Source: a virus
Taxonomy: Duplodnaviria > Heunggongvirae > Uroviricota > Caudoviricetes
DNA length: 64,000 nt
IMG/VR virus record: IMGVR_UViG_3300006204_000001
Direction: 5' to 3' (one strand)
In this document: in pieces, positions 1-8,689 of the stretch
Layout of the letters: every line of letters begins with the position of its first letter
How positions within the stretch are numbered: position 1 is the first letter of the stretch
The notes under the pieces: model-generated
Database searches by the model: none
What the model was told of the DNA's origin: nothing
The model's input: only the letters and a program-made list of their open reading frames with translations
Program-made: the position numbers and the translations under genes

Positions 1-1
1 T

Positions 2-1399
2 ATAGAGATAGTAGTAGAAAATGGAGCTGAATTTAATATTTATGGATTAATTGATATACCATTATCAGAAGTTAATAAATTTCTTTCTATACCTCATATA
101 AATATTGATAGTATAGCTGTTATGGAAGTTGATGGTTTAGATCAGTTAGGAGATAGAATTTATAGTATGACTGATTTTTATACAGAAATGAGTCAAAGAA
201 TAATTAACTTATATACACAAGGGGAAAAGAATTTTCCTTATGGTAGATTAGGTTATACATGGACAGGAGGTAATCCATCTTATAGATCACAATGTATAAA
301 AATATCTACATTATGGGGTACTTCTATATTAGGTGATTTCAAATTATCTGTATTAGGTATGCCTGAAGATAATATAATAGATATGCAAATAGTAACACAA
401 TTAGATATATTAAAAGATACTACATTATTGATACAAGAATCATATTATGACTATCAATATGTAAGACCAGAATTATATATAGGGATAATTTCAGAAAATA
501 ATATTACTCCTGGAATATGTAATATTGATGGACATATAATAGTAGATGGACCTAATTGTATGATTACATTAGATAGAGGAGGATCCATACATATTAATGA
601 AGGTGGAATATTAGAATTAAGAAATGATTCTATAATTAGAAGTACGTATAATGATGAAGGAGAAATTTTATTCATAGATGGTACATTAATAATTGATAAT
701 ATAGAACAAATAAAAACCTTTACACATGATAATATTGTTATAGGTGATACAGGAAAAGTTATTATAATAAATCCTGATACAGGAAATAAAAAATTATTAT
801 TCTCTACTCCTAATGGAATATTAACATCTACATTATATAGATTATTTAGAGATAGAATAGATCATATAGAATATCATATTTCAAATAATAATGGTATACG
901 TATAGATCAATATTTTGAATTCTATAACAGACAAATGACAAAATGGTTTGGGGATAGGAGAATAGAAAAGGCTATTAAAGATGGAATATTAGTATGGCAT
1001 GATGGTGGATATATTGAATTAGATCATGATATTATTCCATGGGTAAATATGAATTGTACATTATTGCAAGCTTCTAGATTATTTAAAACATTTGGATCAT
1101 ATGATAATGAAAAATTACAAGAATGTGTAGATAGATTAACATATGCTGGATGTGGAGATATTATATTTAGATTTATATGCGGTAACGAAATAAAAGAAAT
1201 TACATTAACATTGAAATCTGTAGAAATGACTAATGTTATTAATCATCCTCTAACTAATATGTATGTTGTTACAGCAGATTCGGATGGTACTTTATTTATG
1301 AGAAATAAATTAGGATCAGTATCAGAAGAAAAAATAATAAATAAAGAATCTAGATCATTTTTAATACAAAAGAAAGTTGTCGAGTTTCCATTAGAATAA
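2..1399 (+). CDS. 5'-truncated hypothetical protein, possibly virion-associated
   Basis: The frame of ORF 122..1399 stays open back to base 2 (IEIVVENGAEFNIYG...), so the gene begins before the window. No recognisable catalytic motif. Confidence 0.7.
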   Translation: MEIVVENGAEFNIYGLIDIPLSEVNKFLSIPHINIDSIAVMEVDGLDQLGDRIYSMTDFYTEMSQRIINLYTQGEKNFPYGRLGYTWTGGNPSYRSQCIKISTLWGTSILGDFKLSVLGMPEDNIIDMQIVTQLDILKDTTLLIQESYYDYQYVRPELYIGIISENNITPGICNIDGHIIVDGPNCMITLDRGGSIHINEGGILELRNDSIIRSTYNDEGEILFIDGTLIIDNIEQIKTFTHDNIVIGDTGKVIIINPDTGNKKLLFSTPNGILTSTLYRLFRDRIDHIEYHISNNNGIRIDQYFEFYNRQMTKWFGDRRIEKAIKDGILVWHDGGYIELDHDIIPWVNMNCTLLQASRLFKTFGSYDNEKLQECVDRLTYAGCGDIIFRFICGNEIKEITLTLKSVEMTNVINHPLTNMYVVTADSDGTLFMRNKLGSVSEEKIINKESRSFLIQKKVVEFPLE

Positions 1400-1404
1400 A
1401 AATA

Positions 1405-1433
1405 ATAAGAAGGGAGTTATACTCCCTTCTTAT
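1405..1433. terminator. Bidirectional intrinsic terminator
   Basis: ATAAGAAGGGAG-ttata-CTCCCTTCTTAT between convergent genes. Confidence 0.8.
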
Positions 1434-1443
1434 CTATTATCTT

Positions 1444-2688
1444 TTATGGTACTACTAATACCATTATGTGATCATGCGCAAGTCTTTTAATCACTCTATA
1501 TTTAGTTTTTGTTTCAGATTTAGTTGCTATACCATCCATACTTGGATTCACGTATCCACCTACAACAGCAGTCTCATCATCGCGTACAACTAATTTACCT
1601 AACATACCAATACATGCCCATTCTTTTCTCTGTGATCTAGGAATATATTCCTGATTAGGATCATATGTATCAGATAACTTAGGTCTGATTTCTGTATGTT
1701 CTGGTGTTACTACCATTTCAATAGTATGTGTAGCATCATCTGGATCCATAACATTTACTGTTTCTGCTTTTACAATAACTTGTTCAAGTACTATTCTATT
1801 ATAGATATCTCTTGAATATTTACCTGACCAATTATCATCAAAAGAATCACCTATAACAGATGGATTACCTGATACAATTCCAATAACATCATCATCTGAA
1901 GATTCTGATAATTCAATCTTATCACCATTCAATTTTACAAATCTTCCAATACGATCAGTATTATCAGGATTACCATCAGTCCACTCGAAATATTCACCGT
2001 AATCGGCACCATTTGTATTATATGCTCCTGATATAAACAATCCTTCATTTGCATTCATTCTAAAACAATTATTTCTTAATGTATTAGAAGTACCATTGCC
2101 AATGATAAGATAATCTGCATTATTTTTTGTTTCTTTATTATATTGCCCTCTAACTGTCTGAAAGTTGTTTGCAATATTATAAAGACCACCTACATCAGAA
2201 TATCCACCAATTGCCTTATTATTACATCCATCTGCATGTGCATACATTCCAGTTACGGTATTATATCCTCCATTAGTAGATGAATAATCTCCTATAGCTG
2301 AATTTAATGATCCATGTGATGATGCATACATACCTACAGAAACATTTCCTGTTACAGGAACTCCTGATGAAGAATATGTTCTTTCTCTGTAATCATTATG
2401 AATTTCAGCACCAGCTTTAGCCGAACCTCTCTTATCATATGTATACTGAATATTATCTCCTGAAACTTGTTTACCTGTCTTTTTATTCCAGTTAGTTTTT
2501 TCAGTCTCATTCACATGATTATTAGTATTCATTTTATGATTACTAATAGCTGAGTCAAGTTCACTAATACTATTTTCATAGTTTCCATGTCTATGATCTA
2601 AATCAGATTTTTTATTGATTTCAATCATAACTTGTCTCATTATTTGTTTTACAGATTCTTTTGGTATAGAAAATAAGTTATTAAACAT
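1444..2688 (-). CDS. Tail fibre/appendage protein with C-terminal Peptidase G2-type intramolecular chaperone (autocleavage) domain
   Basis: YadA-head-like G/S/A/N repeats (ASSHGSLNSAIGDYSSTNGGYNTVTGMYAHADG), then ADYGEYFEW...IGIVSGNPSVIGD...YIPRSQRKEWACIGMLGKLVVRDD, typical of phi29/GA-1 appendage-type chaperone domains. Start moved to ATG 2688, which follows RBS AAGGAGGG. Confidence 0.8.
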   Translation of the reverse strand: MFNNLFSIPKESVKQIMRQVMIEINKKSDLDHRHGNYENSISELDSAISNHKMNTNNHVNETEKTNWNKKTGKQVSGDNIQYTYDKRGSAKAGAEIHNDYRERTYSSSGVPVTGNVSVGMYASSHGSLNSAIGDYSSTNGGYNTVTGMYAHADGCNNKAIGGYSDVGGLYNIANNFQTVRGQYNKETKNNADYLIIGNGTSNTLRNNCFRMNANEGLFISGAYNTNGADYGEYFEWTDGNPDNTDRIGRFVKLNGDKIELSESSDDDVIGIVSGNPSVIGDSFDDNWSGKYSRDIYNRIVLEQVIVKAETVNVMDPDDATHTIEMVVTPEHTEIRPKLSDTYDPNQEYIPRSQRKEWACIGMLGKLVVRDDETAVVGGYVNPSMDGIATKSETKTKYRVIKRLAHDHIMVLVVP

Positions 2689-2735
2689 TTTAACTATAAC
2701 CCTCCTTTTCTTTAATCTTATCATTGTGTAAAAAA

Positions 2736-2765
2736 ATAATAAGGGAGAATTAACTCCCTCATTAT
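2736..2765. terminator. Intrinsic terminator
   Basis: AAGGGAG-aattaa-CTCCCTC hairpin with A/T flanks. Confidence 0.65.
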
Positions 2766-2768
2766 TTA

Positions 2769-3566
2769 TTATCTTGGTATATCACAGTTAGTTTGTTTAA
2801 CTAATTCTGTCTCTATATCTTTCCATCCAATTTTACCACCAAAGTATTCATATATGTCATATGTCAATATGGCAATTGCATCCGAATAAATCCTTATTAA
2901 TTTATCTGCTTTTTCATCATCGTGAATTTTAGATGGATCTATTATTTCATAATTAAAGAAATCATAATTTTGGAATTTCTTGTTGACATTAGTGCATATA
3001 GCTAATGATAATCCACATCTTTTATCAATTAAACTAGTCACATTAATTCTTTTATGATTATTGATTATAAATGGATTTTCTTTTCTAGATGGTAGAGAAA
3101 TAGTATAAATTGGTGGTGGAGTACTCATGTCTTTAAAACCAATCATTTGCATGAATAACTTATTTTTAGTAATAAATTCATGATCTGCATAAATGGTTGA
3201 ATTATTGTTATTTATCATTTTTACCAATTTAATTATATCATCATATAATTCATTAGTTATTATCCATCGCGCATCAATAATAGTATAATCTATTTCTTCT
3301 TGTTTATTGTTAAGCAATTCAAGAAATGAATTCTGTTTACCATCCTCAAAAATCATTTTATTTAATTCATTACATACAATAGCTATTGTATATAATCTAT
3401 GAGGTATATTCCAATATGGTTCAATATAATCATCAACTGATGGATCATGAATATATTCTTTCTTTTGTAACCAATTATACATTTCTTGCCATGTTGGCAA
3501 TTCTTCTTTTGCATATGTTGATACAATATATTTATCGTTTCCATTACAATCTTTAATCCACGGCAT
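2769..3566 (-). CDS. Hypothetical protein
   Basis: 265-aa ORF overlapping the upstream gene by 14 nt. Confidence 0.75.
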   Translation of the reverse strand: MPWIKDCNGNDKYIVSTYAKEELPTWQEMYNWLQKKEYIHDPSVDDYIEPYWNIPHRLYTIAIVCNELNKMIFEDGKQNSFLELLNNKQEEIDYTIIDARWIITNELYDDIIKLVKMINNNNSTIYADHEFITKNKLFMQMIGFKDMSTPPPIYTISLPSRKENPFIINNHKRINVTSLIDKRCGLSLAICTNVNKKFQNYDFFNYEIIDPSKIHDDEKADKLIRIYSDAIAILTYDIYEYFGGKIGWKDIETELVKQTNCDIPR

Positions 3567-4173
3567 TATTTTCTTCCTCCTCTTTTGTATTTTCTAATCC
3601 ATTTTTATGTTTTATTTTACCATTTTCAAAATATACATTACAATCAAACAATGCTTGTATATCTGATAATATTGTATACATAATTCTTTCAGGTGAATTA
3701 GGATCTTCCATTGCTTTACTATTTGCTCTAGCTAATGAAGCTGCACCATGCATAATAGCTTTATAAAACATAGGTTCTAATTCCTCATCTACATCTATAC
3801 GTAAATCCTTATATCTGAAAGTAGGTTCATATCTATGAGACCAATCTTCAACTTCTTGTTCTGTAGCTAATGACCAATGAGTTATAATTGTATTGTTGAT
3901 CAATTGATCTTGTTGACTTAAAGGGGATGCATCATATTTTGGAAATGGTCCCATAATAGCCCATTGTCCACCATCTGAATTATAATTTTTAATATATTTT
4001 GCCATTTTAATATCTTCAGCATAATAAATCTCATTTTCTGTTTCTACATAAATGTATGATTTATTATATAACCTGACCATTACAGGTGTATTTTCTGGTA
4101 CCTTTTCTTTATTGATATCATGCCAGTCTCTTTTATTCATTAATACATTTGAAACTTCTTTTTTCATTTTCAT
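3553..4173 (-). CDS. Hypothetical protein
   Basis: 206-aa ORF with RBS AAGGAG upstream. Confidence 0.75.
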   Translation of the reverse strand: MKMKKEVSNVLMNKRDWHDINKEKVPENTPVMVRLYNKSYIYVETENEIYYAEDIKMAKYIKNYNSDGGQWAIMGPFPKYDASPLSQQDQLINNTIITHWSLATEQEVEDWSHRYEPTFRYKDLRIDVDEELEPMFYKAIMHGAASLARANSKAMEDPNSPERIMYTILSDIQALFDCNVYFENGKIKHKNGLENTKEEEENNAVD

Positions 4174-4199
4174 ATTTTTATTCTCCTTATAATAAAAAA

Positions 4200-4227
4200 G
4201 TATAGAGGGATTTAAATCCCTCTATAC
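4200..4227. terminator. Perfect 28-bp palindrome, probable bidirectional terminator
   Basis: GTATAGAGGGATTT|AAATCCCTCTATAC. Confidence 0.75.
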
Positions 4228-4235
4228 AATATTTC

Positions 4236-4748
4236 TTATGATTTATAATTAAATCCTGAATACATATTAAATTGTGACATAATATCACTATTTTCTCTAT
4301 TCCTCTCCCAAGCCTGCCTCTGATTAACTGCTTTCAATACATGTTTAGCAACTTTCTCAAATCTTGGAAGATCCGTCTTTAATTTCAAGAACATCTTAGT
4401 GTCCTCTGCATCTCCACCAAGCTTAACGGCATAAAACTGAATCTGATTTACTAATTCAAGCATTTCTTCTGTAGCTTTAATATATTCAGATTCTTTCTTT
4501 GGAACAATCGGAAATGTCTTTTGACAAATTGTACATCTCCAATGATCAGTACCATCAACTGTAACTGTCGGCACTTCTTTACCTTTTCTGATAATGAAAT
4601 GTACACATGTTTTCTTGATCTTTTTTACAGTTTTCTTATTTTTACTTTTAAACTTATATCGATCGCCTTTCTTTTTTACAATATCAGAAATACTCTCTAT
4701 AAGTCTATAAGTTTCTTTCTCGATTTTTTTATTCTTTTTCTTAGCCAT
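4236..4748 (-). CDS. Basic hypothetical protein with putative Zn site
   Basis: TCVH...WRCTICQKTF motif, RBS AAGGAGGA. Confidence 0.75.
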   Translation of the reverse strand: MAKKKNKKIEKETYRLIESISDIVKKKGDRYKFKSKNKKTVKKIKKTCVHFIIRKGKEVPTVTVDGTDHWRCTICQKTFPIVPKKESEYIKATEEMLELVNQIQFYAVKLGGDAEDTKMFLKLKTDLPRFEKVAKHVLKAVNQRQAWERNRENSDIMSQFNMYSGFNYKS

Positions 4749-4775
4749 GATACTATTATATCCTCCTTACATAAA

Positions 4776-5780
4776 TTATGACAAATATAATTCATTTTCA
4801 CTTTTTGTTTCAATAAGATCTGTTACAACCTTTTTGATATTTGTATATGGTGAATTTGAATTTGCATGATCTGTAAACTTGATCACACGTTTTGTATCAT
4901 TTTTATACTCTTCTGCTGTCTTTCTTCTTTTGATATATGTCTTTAAGATTTCTCTTAATTTCTTAGATTTCAAATTATCTAAGTAAACTAATGCACGTTC
5001 AACAAGTGCATTATGAAGTTCTTTCTGTGTATCTGTGAACTTAGCAGATTTGTTTGTATTTTTCTGAAGAATGAATTCAGAGAAAAATCCTTCTAAGAAG
5101 TCTTTCTTGCTAATTGCCTTTTTCTTATCAATCTTCATTACAGCTTTAATAATGTCATCTACTTCAACTTCTTCTGTTTCAGCAATATTATATAAGGCCT
5201 GTATCAAAGTCTTGTACCAATGTCTATTACCTCTAAATAACTTTGCTGTAGGAATGATAGTTGCTATTTGGAATGCGATCTTTTCCTCAAGACCCATCTT
5301 TTTATATTTCTTAATTTGCTTTTTAAGAATCTTTTCACAGAATGTTACAAGTTCATCTTTATCAAGAGCTTTTCCAATCTCCTTCTCTTCATCTGATAAA
5401 TTCTCCTGTGAATAATATATGAGTGTATTCATAATCATATTCGGCAAGAAAATCAGATTACTATAATTATCAGGATGCTTTTTATAAATTTTTGCAATCC
5501 TATTCATTACTGCAGGATTTGAAATGATATTATCAACACCATTTCTCACCTTATTTAATTTCTTATCAGGATTCTCTGCCAGGATTTTTACTGCTTTATT
5601 CAATCCGTTAATAGCTGCTTCTGAATACTCCTGTTTCAATTTCTTCATATTATGTTTCTTTTCTTTCTTTGATACGTGTTTACCTTTCACACGTATATTG
5701 TGTTTCTTCGCATATTTCTTTGGAGACATACGAAGATCAAGGACACTTTTAGGTACCTTAATTTTCTTTTTCTTAGACAT
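4776..5780 (-). CDS. Lysine-rich hypothetical protein
   Basis: 334-aa ORF, RBS AGGAGG. Confidence 0.8.
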   Translation of the reverse strand: MSKKKKIKVPKSVLDLRMSPKKYAKKHNIRVKGKHVSKKEKKHNMKKLKQEYSEAAINGLNKAVKILAENPDKKLNKVRNGVDNIISNPAVMNRIAKIYKKHPDNYSNLIFLPNMIMNTLIYYSQENLSDEEKEIGKALDKDELVTFCEKILKKQIKKYKKMGLEEKIAFQIATIIPTAKLFRGNRHWYKTLIQALYNIAETEEVEVDDIIKAVMKIDKKKAISKKDFLEGFFSEFILQKNTNKSAKFTDTQKELHNALVERALVYLDNLKSKKLREILKTYIKRRKTAEEYKNDTKRVIKFTDHANSNSPYTNIKKVVTDLIETKSENELYLS

Positions 5781-5840
5781 AAATAATTCCTCCTATATAT
5801 TTAAATGTTTTTAATACATTCGTAATTAGAATATATACTT

Positions 5841-6407
5841 TTATTTTAAACTATTTTTCCATTTTTCAATTTCATTAATTTCCACATAATCATATGCATA
5901 TAAATAAAATCCATTTATATTTATAAATTTAGATTTTGTACATATCTCATATAATGGTGCCTCTGATGTAGATGGAAATACATCTGGATGTTCAAAAAAT
6001 GTCTCTGTTCCTCTTATAATTTTAATCTTATCATTATCAGTAATCCTCTCTATATTTTTTAATACATAATTGTATTTTCTTTCTCCATGAAATCCGATTG
6101 TATAAGTTTCATCATATACAGGAATAAGAGCATATTTATCTACAGTAATATAGTTATCTCCTGCTTTTAATGTTATACGAATAGAATCATTATTCTCATA
6201 TTTTGTTATTTTAAGAATTTTAGTCCATCCATCTGAATCACGTGTAAGGATATTAATACCATTAGCTATCATCCTATACTCATTATTTACCCTTCGTTTA
6301 AAATATTCAGCATAACTTCTAATGAAATTACCAATGGTATCTTTTTTAGCTGTAGCTGTACTCTTATCAACATCCATCCATTCGATTATAGAACCTTCTA
6401 ATATCAT
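5841..6407 (-). CDS. Free-standing Hint (intein)-fold protein lacking splicing residues
   Basis: By eye it follows mini-intein blocks: ILEGSIIEWMD (A), NILTRDSDGWTKILKITKY...RITLKAGDNYITVDKYA (B), LYEICTKSKFININGFYLYAY (F/G). No N-terminal Cys/Ser, TxxH or His-Asn. Confidence 0.6.
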   Translation of the reverse strand: MILEGSIIEWMDVDKSTATAKKDTIGNFIRSYAEYFKRRVNNEYRMIANGINILTRDSDGWTKILKITKYENNDSIRITLKAGDNYITVDKYALIPVYDETYTIGFHGERKYNYVLKNIERITDNDKIKIIRGTETFFEHPDVFPSTSEAPLYEICTKSKFININGFYLYAYDYVEINEIEKWKNSLK

Positions 6408-6409
6408 AA

Positions 6410-8521
6410 TTACCCTCCTAAATTTAATAATTTATTTGTTAATTCATCTATAGTAATTATTGGAATATTATGATTGATAGCATTTGATACTGTAGATGAT
6501 TCATAACCTTCTCTGGGTATAACAATACATTTTGCATTATTAGACCATCCTCCTGTTTCATAAGAATAATTCTTTAATAAATCTTTCATTTCTTGAGATG
6601 GTCTACATCCAGTAAATACAATTCTTCCTTTAAAAACAATATTTGAATATGATTGTTTTAAATTAACTTCTTTCATTAGTTTCTTTAAGAAAGAATAATT
6701 TTTAGGATCTTTAAAATGATTAATTAATTTATCTGCTTTTTCAGGTCCTATCTTGTCAACCATAATCAAATTTGCTTTTAATAAATCCCAATTTTTTAAT
6801 TTAAACAAATTCAAGAAATCATTCAATGGTATTTTTTTAAATATACCTTCAAATGTTTTAATGTGTAAACCTTCTATGCCTAAAGATCCAAAAAACTCAG
6901 CATCTGTTAATTTACGCTTTGATTCAATTTCTCTTATAATTTTTCTTGTCTTTATTTCACCAAAACCATCAAGATTTTTTATTTGATATGATTTCTTTTT
7001 CAACTTATATAAACTTATTAATCCATCATCTAAAAATCCAGCTGAATATAATAAGTCTATAGTAGAATATCCTATATATTGCATTCTTAATGATTGACAA
7101 TAATTAAGAATTCTACCTATAATTCTTGATGGACAATTAGAATTCTTACATTGTACTGCTGTTACATTGAGATTTAGTTTCTCATGACACATCGGACATC
7201 GATCAATAAATTCAATTTTTCTACCATTAGGTATTCTTTTACATTTTTCATCAAGAGTAACATATGGTATGATATCATATAGCACTTTCACTTCATCTCC
7301 ATATGATAAATTTAATTCATCAAATCTTTCTTTATTTGATAAAGAAATATGATTAACATTATTACCTTTCATCGTTAAATCATTAATAACAACTACTGGA
7401 CATATATAACCAAAGTCTGATGTATTAAATTCACAACCTTTTACTTTTGAATATGCATATTCTTCAGTAAATTTATATGCTACTTCAAAATTATTAATAT
7501 TATTCTCTCTTCCTAATACTTCTTTAATGTGTTCGTCTAGTATAGTCATTACTACACCATCTGTACGTAAACGTTTACCATTATAATTTACATATCTATT
7601 ATGATTTGCAAATTCTTTAATTTCATCGCGATCTCCAAATGTACATATTTTTGTAGGAAACTTTTTTATTAAATCAGGATTAACAACTTCTGATTTATCA
7701 CCCTTACGATAAATTCTTAAAGGTACTAATATCATATATTCAATTTTAAAATCGGCTTCATTTGAATTTACTACTGCCGATACAATTTGTCTTGAATTTC
7801 TATATGGATGATGTTGATAAAATTGATTTATTATATCTTTATCATCTTCAGAACACATACATTCAAATTTTATTCCTGTATGATAATAATTTTCATAATC
7901 ATCATTAAATACATTCATAATATGTGTTACATCAGATGCTAAATTATTACGAGTATCACCTCGAGTAATCCATCGCATCTTATCATCAATTTCTAATATA
8001 ACAGATACACCATCAAATTTGGGTTGTAACATTATTTTTACTTTATCCATATCAATACGTTTTCCAGTCTTATTATAATATAATAATGATATAGAGGCTA
8101 ACCATTCATCCAAATATTTCCTACTCTTATTAACCCTTTTTTCATCAGTAGTGAGATAATAAACCTTATCTAAAGTACCACGTAATTTTGTAAATTTACC
8201 TGATACTTTATTATTATCATTAATTTCAATATTACCTGATAACCTTGGTATTCCATCTGATATTAATAATTCCTGCAATATATCATAAGTCAAATCATCT
8301 ATAGGAGAATCCACGGATGAATTATATAACGTTTGACATATATTTACTATCTGAATTAATTCTTGTAATTGAATTTCATTTAGTGGTTCAGATGAAATAT
8401 TTCCAATATTTTTATAATAATTAATCTTTTTTGTAATATCAGATTTTTTCATCATATTATAAGCATCTTCTGGTTTTATCTTTCCTGATGTTAATTGAGT
8501 ATTAAGTAATTCTAATGTCAA
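6410..8521 (-). CDS. ligA: NAD-dependent DNA ligase
   Basis: KFDGVS adenylation motif, ITRGD, DGVV, AYKF, OB region, Cys4 Zn finger (CPMC...CKNSNC), HhH repeats, BRCT-like C-terminus. TTG start. Confidence 0.95.
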   Translation of the reverse strand: MTLELLNTQLTSGKIKPEDAYNMMKKSDITKKINYYKNIGNISSEPLNEIQLQELIQIVNICQTLYNSSVDSPIDDLTYDILQELLISDGIPRLSGNIEINDNNKVSGKFTKLRGTLDKVYYLTTDEKRVNKSRKYLDEWLASISLLYYNKTGKRIDMDKVKIMLQPKFDGVSVILEIDDKMRWITRGDTRNNLASDVTHIMNVFNDDYENYYHTGIKFECMCSEDDKDIINQFYQHHPYRNSRQIVSAVVNSNEADFKIEYMILVPLRIYRKGDKSEVVNPDLIKKFPTKICTFGDRDEIKEFANHNRYVNYNGKRLRTDGVVMTILDEHIKEVLGRENNINNFEVAYKFTEEYAYSKVKGCEFNTSDFGYICPVVVINDLTMKGNNVNHISLSNKERFDELNLSYGDEVKVLYDIIPYVTLDEKCKRIPNGRKIEFIDRCPMCHEKLNLNVTAVQCKNSNCPSRIIGRILNYCQSLRMQYIGYSTIDLLYSAGFLDDGLISLYKLKKKSYQIKNLDGFGEIKTRKIIREIESKRKLTDAEFFGSLGIEGLHIKTFEGIFKKIPLNDFLNLFKLKNWDLLKANLIMVDKIGPEKADKLINHFKDPKNYSFLKKLMKEVNLKQSYSNIVFKGRIVFTGCRPSQEMKDLLKNYSYETGGWSNNAKCIVIPREGYESSTVSNAINHNIPIITIDELTNKLLNLGG

Positions 8522-8641
8522 TTAATCATCATCTCCTTTCGATAGACTTATCATTGCACATATTCCAAATATCACAAGTAATACTATAGTAAATATTGTA
8601 TCTGATATATTACTGAAATGCATTTGTATTATATTATTCAT
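8522..8641 (-). CDS. 39-aa single-pass membrane peptide (not in ORF track)
   Basis: AAGGAGG RBS, MNNIIQMHFSNISDTIFTIVLLVIFGICAMISLSKGDDD*. The stop abuts the ligA TTG start. Confidence 0.6.
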   Translation of the reverse strand: MNNIIQMHFSNISDTIFTIVLLVIFGICAMISLSKGDDD

Positions 8642-8657
8642 GATTCCTCCTTTTGAT

Positions 8658-8689
8658 ATATAATGGAGTAATTAATTACTCCATTATAT
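8658..8689. terminator. Perfect 32-bp palindrome, probable terminator
   Basis: ATATAATGGAGTAATT|AATTACTCCATTATAT, immediately after the gyrA stop. Confidence 0.75.
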
